Source of the DNA: Protoeuglena noctilucae
Taxonomy: Eukaryota
Direction: 5' to 3'
Assembly (NCBI GenBank): GCA_958009085.1
Contig: OY253687.1
Location: 62,001 to 126,000 of the forward strand
Length of the DNA stretch: 64,000 nt
Shown: positions 57,558 through 64,000 of the stretch, piece by piece
Numbering within the stretch: the stretch's first letter is position 1
How the letters are laid out: each line of letters begins with the position of its first letter
Notes under the pieces: model-generated
Seen by the model: the letters and a program-made list of their open reading frames with translations, nothing else
Told to the model about the DNA's origin: nothing
Databases searched by the model: none
Translations under genes and position numbers: made by a program

Positions 57558-60093
57558 ATGGGCACCTCCAGCTCCACGGTCGTTGGCGGGGAGCGCCTGC
57601 GCGGTGATGCGTGCTGCTTGCAGGTCCCGAGCTACGAGGGGGCGTTCCGAGCGCTGAGCTCCGATGAATTCTTGGCACGAGCGATCGATGATGAGAAGGT
57701 CTACGCTCACGGTCTGTCGACGGCCCAGGTCAGGCGTACCTCGTGCCTTGTGCCTCGTGCCTCGCCCCGTGGCTGGCGCGCAACGCTCCTCCCACCGTCA
57801 TCTTACCGAAATGCGATGCGGAGTCCCATGCAGGGGCGTCGGATGATGGCCGTTGGCGCGTTCGGCGACCTCGACTTCGATAGGTCGCACGGGCGCAGTT
57901 CTCCGGGCAACGAGGCCGGCGCTGGGCGCCGCGCGAGCTCTCGCGCAGCCGGGTCACGCGGATTGCCTCTGGGTCGGTTCTTCGGAGGGCCCTTCGAGGA
58001 TCCCGTGGCGGAGCTGTCCCGGCGTCGCGAGGCTGTCGAGACGCTCCGCGCCCTGCGGCGTGTCCCCATGTGAGTTCCGTTCACGCCTTCCCCGCGGCAG
58101 GGAGGCGTGGTCAGTCCAACCATGTCACACTCGGACTGCTTGTCCCCGCCGCAGGGAGGTCCTGGTGCTGGCGGTGGCCCAGTCGCTGCAGGACGTGACG
58201 CTCCGCGCTCCTCACACGCTGGCGCAGCTGGCGGGCCTGGCCAGCTGTCCCGTGGTGGAGCGGATCGACATGGGCGGCGCCGTTGTTGCTGCCCGGGTGC
58301 CCGGGACGTCCCCAGCCCTGCACCTCACGCGCCCCATCACCATCTCCAACGGCGGCATCGAGCTGCAAGTCTCCGTGCCAGACGCCATGTCCGTGTCGCT
58401 TGACATGGGAGAGCACGCCTACGATGCCTTGGAGCATCCCCCGCCCGATGGGGCAGACGGGGCGCAGAGTGCGCCGGTCGATGCCGCCCTCGGTGACGGA
58501 CGCGTGCATCTCGCGGACGGGCTGGTCAAGATCGACGCCGTGGGAGTGGTGTTTGAGAACTTAAGGATTAGAGGTGCGCTGGTCGGCGAGGTGCGCGCTG
58601 GATTCACCTGGGCTTCCTGTATGTGCAAGTGTCTTTATCGCCTTGCCCCCCCGCAGCTGCGTACGTTCCCGAGGGCAGACCAGTGCTGGAGCCGGGTGGC
58701 GAGCAGCCTCCAGGAGGGCCGCGGCTCCGAACGGCGGTGGTGCACGTGCGTGGCCGCTGGAGGCGGGCTATGCATGTGCCGCCGTTCCAATGGTTTTGTG
58801 CGTAACCATGCGTGCTCTTCCTTGCAGGTGGCGCCGGGGGCTTCGGCTCACATGTCCCACGTGACCATCATGGGATCCCCGCGCCCCATCCCAGGGCCCA
58901 TGACGCAGCCCTACCCCCACTGCGTCACGGCGTCCCTCTTGTGGTGCCAGGCAAGCGCCAGGCACCTAGCCGTGATTTGCCATCGCTGCTGAGCGTTCTG
59001 CTGGCATTCAACACATGCCATGGCTTGCCGCCGCAGGGCTCTCGCGTCGTGCTGCAGCACGTCGTTGTGTACGGGGCAGGACAGGACGGGGTGGCGTGCA
59101 CGCATGGAGCGCACGTGGTGGCTGAGCGCGTGCAGGTGCACGACTGCGTCATGGCTGGCCTGCTGGCCACGGGGCACGGGACGCGCGCGGACGTCAACGC
59201 GGGGTCCCTCACCAGCTGCCGCTGGGGCCTCAGGTGACGCTTCGGCTCATTGATCTGGGCGAGCTCGTTCACGGAGGTCGCAGAGTTCCACGGTGCCATC
59301 CACGCTGCCGTGCTTTGCTCCGCGCCTCACCTCGCCTGGCCACCCGTGCGCCCTCCGCAGCTGCTGCCGTGGCGCCACCGTGTCGGCGAGCGTCCCGCCC
59401 CAGATGGGCCACAACGAGTCGGACATCATCCTCGACATGGGCGACGTCGAGGCACCTCCCGCGGAACCCATCCCGCCCCTCCCGCCTGCGCCTGGGATCG
59501 TGAACCTGGAGTTCCCAGCCCCTCTGGAGCACCAGCCGGGGGCCCCAGGAGCCGCGCCGTACGCAGCGATTGGGGGCGGTGGCGGGGGGCCTCACCACGA
59601 GGATGAAGCGGGGGGGGACGCAGAGGGCGGCGAGGAGCTGCCGGGGATGCCAGAAACACCCGAGTTGCACGAGTCAGACGTGGGCGTGGGCGCACATACC
59701 GCGCCTGTGGAGGAAGAGGCAGGGCCAAGCGGGTCTGGGATAGGGCAAGCGTGGGGAAGTGGAGGTGGGGGTCAGGCGGACGAGGACCGGGTGGGAATGG
59801 CTTCTGGCCCATCGGGGGCGGAGGAGGACAGGGCGGCAGGGCCCAGTGCGGGGCCTTCTGTGCCGCCAGCCACCCGCGCTCCCTCGACCCGGCCAGTGTA
59901 CTTAGCGGTGCACACATACCCCACGTTTGCGGCCGAGATGAGTGCGGTTGCGGCGCAGATGCAGGAGCAGGGGCTGGACCAGGTGCAGGTGTTTCAGGGG
60001 GGGCCGCCAGCAGGGGAGGGAGGCAGTCAGGGCGAGGGGGGTGGGGCACCGGGTGGTGGTGGCACGGGTGGTGGCGAGAATGTCGACATGTAA
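57558..60093 (+). CDS. Right-handed beta-helix (pectin-lyase-like fold) domain protein with acidic low-complexity tail; start uncertain
   Basis: LHLTRPITISNGGIE, VKIDAVGVVFENLRIRG and VVLQHVVVYGAGQDGVACTHGAHVVAERVQVHDCVMAGLLATGHGTRADV. Confidence 0.55.
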
Positions 60094-60226
60094 CAATTCT
60101 CTAGCACATAGTAGCCATGGTGGCACGCCCGTAGTTGGGGATTGGGCTGTGCGCATGGCATGGGTCGCACACGCGTCGTTCAAAGCAGACGAACGGAGCG
60201 ACCCGCCGCGTCATGCCATGCCCGCG

Positions 60227-62054
60227 TCAGGTGCTGATTTCCCCGAGATAGATGGTATGGTCGCTGGAGCACGATGCCACGATCGGCTCCTTGGGGTGGA
60301 ATGCCACGTCGTTGACACTGCCCTTGTGGCCGGGGAGCTTGTAGAGCAGACGGCGCGTGTTGACGTCCCAGATGTTCTGCGGGGCATGTGGCAGGTCCAG
60401 GAGTGACGCCCATAGCCAAGGGCGCAATTGGCAGAGACGCCGCACGCGTCCCCAGCGGCGCTCACCACGAGCCCGTCAGACGAGCCAGCCGACACCTTGC
60501 TCCCATCAGCGGACCAGCAGCACCGCAGCAGGTTCTGCAGATGGGCCGAGTAACAGCAGAGTGAGGCGCCTGTGATGCCAGCAGGCTGCAAGAAACCTCT
60601 CAATGTCCATGCGTCGGCACGCGTGCACTGCGTGACCCTCCCTGCCAGGCACGCTTATAGCCCTGCCTGTCCCTTCACCTGCTCGAAAGAGTGCGTGTGC
60701 CCCGCAAACACCTTGACGCAGCGGTTGGCTGGTGCGTACGGCCGCATGTCCCACATGCGCAGCGATTGGTCCATGGAGTTGGAGAGCAAGAAGCTTCCGT
60801 CCGGCGACACGGCCAGGCCCGTGACGGCCTCCGTGTGCCCCAGCAGCTCCATCCACAGCTCCTCCCGCCGCAGGTCAAACACCCGCACGGCGCCGTCGAG
60901 GCCCGCGGCGCACACCATGTCGCCCGCGTCGCTGAAGGCCACGGCCATGACGGCATACTGGGACTGGAACGTCGCCACGGACCGGCGCTGGCGCAGGTCC
61001 CACACCTGCGCGTCGACGGGGGCGATTGGCCTGAGAAACACTGGCGTCTCGATGGTGAGCCGCAGCACGCTCAGCAGGGAGACCCCTCGTTCAGGCGCAC
61101 CCGCAGTTGCGGCCCGTGCGGTAGACTGCCCTCTGCGGCGCCTGCCACTACCCCGCACCTTGGCCGTCCCGTCGTCCCCGCCCGTGAGTGCCAGGTCGGT
61201 GCCCCGGCGCGTGGCGTCGCACGTGTTCATGAAACCCTCGTGCTCTGCCATCTTCTTCAGCTGAGTCCCCGTCTGCGAGCGCGCGGGGCGGGGAGCGGGG
61301 AGCGTGCCTGCCAGTCGCCTACGAAGATGCCTGCTCGCATACCCCGGCAATGCGGGCGCGCGGAGGTCGGCAAAGGGCCCGCGACAAGATGACCTTGCCG
61401 TCATCGCCATGTGCTCACCTGCGCGTCCCATACGCGCGCCGTCTTGTCGCTGGACGCCGTGACGATGCGCTCCCCGTCGGCCGTGAACCGCAAGTCCGTG
61501 ACGGCGTTGCGGTGCCCCTGGATCATCATGAAGTTCTCGCATTCCTCCCCATGAACCCGCCACAACAGGACGTTCCTGCGGGGCGCCGGGGTGGGAATGG
61601 CTCAAGTCGGCCCGAGGCACGGGCCCGACCCGCGCAGGCGCCGAGTGAGTCGCCGCTCACTTGTCATGCCCCCCCGATGCGCAAATCTCCCCATCAAGAC
61701 TGAAGCGAACCGAGTAAACGGCGTCAGCGTGGCCCTTCAGCAGCATGATGGGGGCCGCAAGCGTGGAGGTGCGCTTGGGCCCCGATGGCTTCTTCTGGTC
61801 GCTGACCACGAGGGCTCCGTCATCCTTGCTCTTCTTGGCAACCACAAGTACCCCTTCCTCCTCCCCCGGCGACCTGAGGACCACGATACGACGCGTTGAG
61901 CCCGTTGAGCCCCCTCACAGCCTCTCCCTCGCCTCAGGCATCCGCCCGCTTGCACCGGAGGGATGTGCGGGGGTCGACCTAAGCCGCTTGCGGTGAGATC
62001 GCGGCGAAATGCCATCCTCCCGCCATACCTTGCCCGTTTCGTGGGCGTGGCCAT
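60227..62054 (-). CDS. SNRNP40: U5 snRNP 40 kDa WD40 protein
   Basis: KRTSTLAAPIMLLKGH, LLSNSMDQSLRMWDMRPYAPANRCVKVFAGHTHSFEQ|NLLRCCWS and LYKLPGHKGSVNDVAFHPKEPIVASCSSDHTIYLGEI. Confidence 0.96.
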
Positions 62055-62415
62055 CTCGCCGCCCCAAGCCCCTGTCCCCGCCCGCCCGCGTTCCACGACA
62101 AAGCTCAGCCAGTCAATCCGCAGAAAGGAAGGGCCCACGTCTCGCTGGGCGCAAGAATACCTGCTTAGGGACACTGCAATTCAACACCGTAGCTGGCTGC
62201 GCGAGATGGATGATGGCGCGCTCCACAGTGTCCGGTTTTAAGCTCGCCAGCGCACGAGGTGTCCCTGTTAGCGCACTGGGGATGCACCCCCCCGGCCTGC
62301 GTTTAGGTGTCAGCGCCGTGCGAGACAAAGCTTTCAACGGGTGCGTTTCCCTTGATGGAATGCGGATCGCTAGGAAAAGGGCACGAGAGCAGTTTGGAAG
62401 GCAGAGAGCTGCCTG

Positions 62416-63751
62416 CTAGGGAGAGCACGCCGAGAGTCGGTGGTCGCAGGAGGGCATCCAGCCCTGGAAAGGCCAGGGCGCCACAATGGCTCCTTCGCTG
62501 CGCAGTATGTAGATCACGTGGACGAAGGCCGCCATCGTGACGCAGTAGTGCATGAGGTGGTGATCACTGAGCGCAAAATACTGCAGACGGCAGGGCTGGG
62601 GGATGGTGGGTGTAGGCCCGCCATTCCACGCGTCTATCAGATGCGACAAGCTAGGAGGCCGCCGTTAGTAAGCGCTCGCTCCCACCTTGTCGTTGTAGTT
62701 GTGCCCCCGGAGGTAGAGCAGGGCCCCAAGCAGGTACAGGGCAAGCTCCGCGCCAAAGATGTCGTTGAACATGCCGCGGAAGTACCACACGGCCTGGAAG
62801 GCGCCGCAGAGGACCATGGTGAAGGCACGGACCTGCAAGTCAAGGCGGCCAAAGTTCCACTGTGTTGCAGGAGCAGCGGACGGTAATCCGAGCCGGGTCG
62901 ACCCCATCCCCGCGCCCACGCCGCACCTTGTGGAAAGGGATGGCGACACATGCCATGGTGATGGCGGTGGCGGCGTAGTAGGGCGCCAGGGACATGTGGG
63001 GGCATGCGGCCTTGAGGGCGGTGTAGGTGGTGGACACGATCCACAGGGCGATGCCCGCGTGGTCCAGCTTCTCCACACGCTTCGAGTCCGGGGAGAGATG
63101 CGTGATGGTGGAGGCCAGGTGGCCGAGGCTCACAGCAGCGCAGTGGGCGGCCAGGGGTGCGCCGCCGGGGATGCGCCGCGTTAACGACAGGGCCAGCAGG
63201 GTCACGAAGACGAGGCAGGGGATGCCGTGGGAGAAAACGTTGACGCGCTCGTAGGGGTCACAGAAGGCGTTGTGCCAGAGGGGCATGTGGGGGAACACGT
63301 TGCCGCGGCTGGCGGGGATGCCGGCGGGGCGGAAGTCACGGCCGGGCACCGGGGGCTGCGGGCAGCCAGAGGGCGTGGAGAGTGAGATGGCGGGCAGTGG
63401 GCAGAGAGCGTTCAGTGTGGATGCCGCAGTGACCTGCACATGAGAGTGCGGCACTCCAAGCCGCACCTTGTCGTGAGGCCAGCCAGAGTACTTGATGTTC
63501 GGATCCCAGCCCACGCGATTCCACCACGGGACGCGCTCCAGGGGCGTGGATGGGGCAGGGGCCCCAGAGGACCCGATGACGGCATCGCTGCCTGTCCCCG
63601 CCGCGGCGATCCTGCGCTCCTCGTCGGCATCATCGTAGGCATCGTCGTCGAACGCACTCGTGGACACGGCGGAGGTGTTGCGCCGAGATTCCCCGTCGCC
63701 AGGCCGCTGCTTGAGCGGCGTGCGCTGCACTTTCCGACCCGACCGCAGCAC
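62416..63751 (-). CDS. PAQR/hemolysin-III family membrane protein; true start uncertain
   Basis: ERVNVFSHG, STITH, EKLDHAGIALWI, LYLLGALLY and DHHLMHYCV (metal-binding His motifs). Confidence 0.88.
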
Positions 63752-64000
63752 GACGCAGTCGCTGCGAGCACGTGGAGCAGCAGAACGGCATAAACGTGAT
63801 GGTTACTGAAGTAAAACTGCGCGGCAAAGGCTTTGTGACGCGACTTCGCGACTTGCAAGTGCAGAGCATCTCTGTGGCCCAGCCCTCTCCCGGCTCAGCG
63901 GCACACGGACCCTCGGGCCGCCACGGTCGACTAGAACTGATCGCGTTCAGCTGCAGCAGGACTCACTCGGAGGGAGGGGATGCCCCCAGCGCAAAATCCG

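Noticed and set aside
1..64000. tRNA, rRNA, CRISPR or retroelement genes
   Set aside because: None recognisable by eye. A covariance-model search would be needed to exclude small ncRNAs in intergenic stretches such as 17400-18380.

Overview
GC-rich, intron-dense eukaryotic nuclear DNA, most likely from a flagellated green alga. This is inferred from chloroplast-type APX, DUF1350, RSP11, CFAP418 and a TGTAA poly(A)-type motif; the standard genetic code is used. About 25 spliced genes are tightly packed. They are the 3' part of DNMT1/MET1, two BTB-like paralogs, an MSP1/ATAD1 AAA ATPase, SYS1, CFAP418, a degenerate DEDDh exonuclease, APX, DUF1350, MED18, a frameshifted Rai1/DXO-like nuclease, a PIP-box WDR76/Cmr1-like WD40 gene, a CTL/SLC44 transporter, IBA57, PP5, an LRR protein, RSP11, PFDN4, a beta-helix protein, SNRNP40, a PAQR and several unknowns. 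There is a 200-N gap at 45131-45330. Three structures stand out. (1) A 689-bp gap-free inverted duplication (3542-4230 vs 28561-29249) has a 472-bp perfectly identical core. It copies the DNMT1 terminal exon and 3' flank to 8 nt behind the stop codon of the WD40 gene, and each arm continues into a BTB-like paralog. (2) About 16 introns use GC-AG, far above the usual share. (3) DNMT1 introns hold three copies of adjacent exon ends, one differing almost only by synonymous changes and one forming a clean in-frame mini-exon. Exon structures were traced by eye and family calls come from motif recognition, not database searches.
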